This document shows positions 63,625 to 64,000 of a stretch of DNA of 64,000 nt, one piece after another; position 1 is the stretch's first letter; each line of letters starts with the position of its first letter. The notes beneath the pieces were generated by a model. That model was given only the letters and a program-made list of their open reading frames with translations. It was not told where the DNA came from and made no database searches. Both the position numbers and the translations under genes were made by a program. Source of the stretch: Camelus dromedarius (lineage: Eukaryota). The DNA is taken from positions 60,576,001 to 60,640,000 of the forward strand of contig NC_087436.1 of assembly GCF_036321535.1 (NCBI RefSeq). The letters are read 5' to 3'.

Positions 63625-63790
63625 AATTATTCATTCCCCATCATTTCACAAATGATATAAGGAGTCATTCCACAGATGATGTAAGGAAGCCCAATGCAGT
63701 TAAGTAAGTGACCTGGGCAACACTTAACTAATTACTAACAGAACCAGCAAAACATGCTTAGGGTCCCCGCTCCAGGTTGGGTTTATTACA
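63625..63790 (-). mobile_element. MIR SINE remnant
   Basis: cattccacagatgatgtaaggaagccca..gttaagtaagtgacc. Confidence 0.5.
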
Positions 63791-64000
63791 CAAATCTAAG
63801 TGTATTTTTGAAGAGGACTCCTTAACATCTAAGTATTCTTTACTGTTCCAATTCTGGGGTTGCTGTATTTGTATCTATAGCCTTTTATAGAGATGACTAT
63901 TTTTTCTGAACAGTCTTTGTGATCCTTAGTACTATTAGAGAATTTCATAAAATCCCTTCATGTTGTGCTTTAGGAAAGCATCTTTTGGCAAATAACCTTG

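Noticed and set aside
1..64000. CRISPR arrays, operons or other prokaryotic/viral systems
   Set aside because: The window is mammalian intron/intergenic DNA; no regularly spaced repeat-spacer array or gene-dense segment is present.

Overview
AT-rich mammalian genomic DNA, most likely camelid (a Vic-1-type tRNA-derived SINE is present). The only host gene is the 3' end of SNCA (alpha-synuclein) on the + strand: the distal part of long intron 4 (1-38524), exon 5 (38525-38608; residues 103-130), intron 5, and the terminal exon (40672-40704 coding, residues 131-140, then the 3'UTR). About 22 kb of downstream flank follows. The rest is interspersed repeats: a near full-length dead L1 nested in a MER34-like ERV1 provirus, several 5'-truncated L1s with target-site duplications, Tigger and hAT MITEs, MIR/L2, an ERVL gag-pro-pol relic, MLT LTRs and a tailless 5S rRNA retrocopy. 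Most notable: (i) the alpha-synuclein acidic tail has five substitutions versus human, and all 12 coding nucleotide differences are A/T to G/C; (ii) a strong intronic AG|GT site at 18797-18804 is a candidate recursive-splice point or alternative last exon encoding a basic KPKEAV-containing tail; (iii) a dense NBRE/IR1, X-box, kB and homeobox motif cluster lies about 3 kb downstream of the stop codon; (iv) the 3'UTR poly(A) signals appear remodelled; (v) there are three separate micro-inversions. Human and consensus comparisons are from memory, not database searches. Repeat subfamily names and old-repeat boundaries are approximate.
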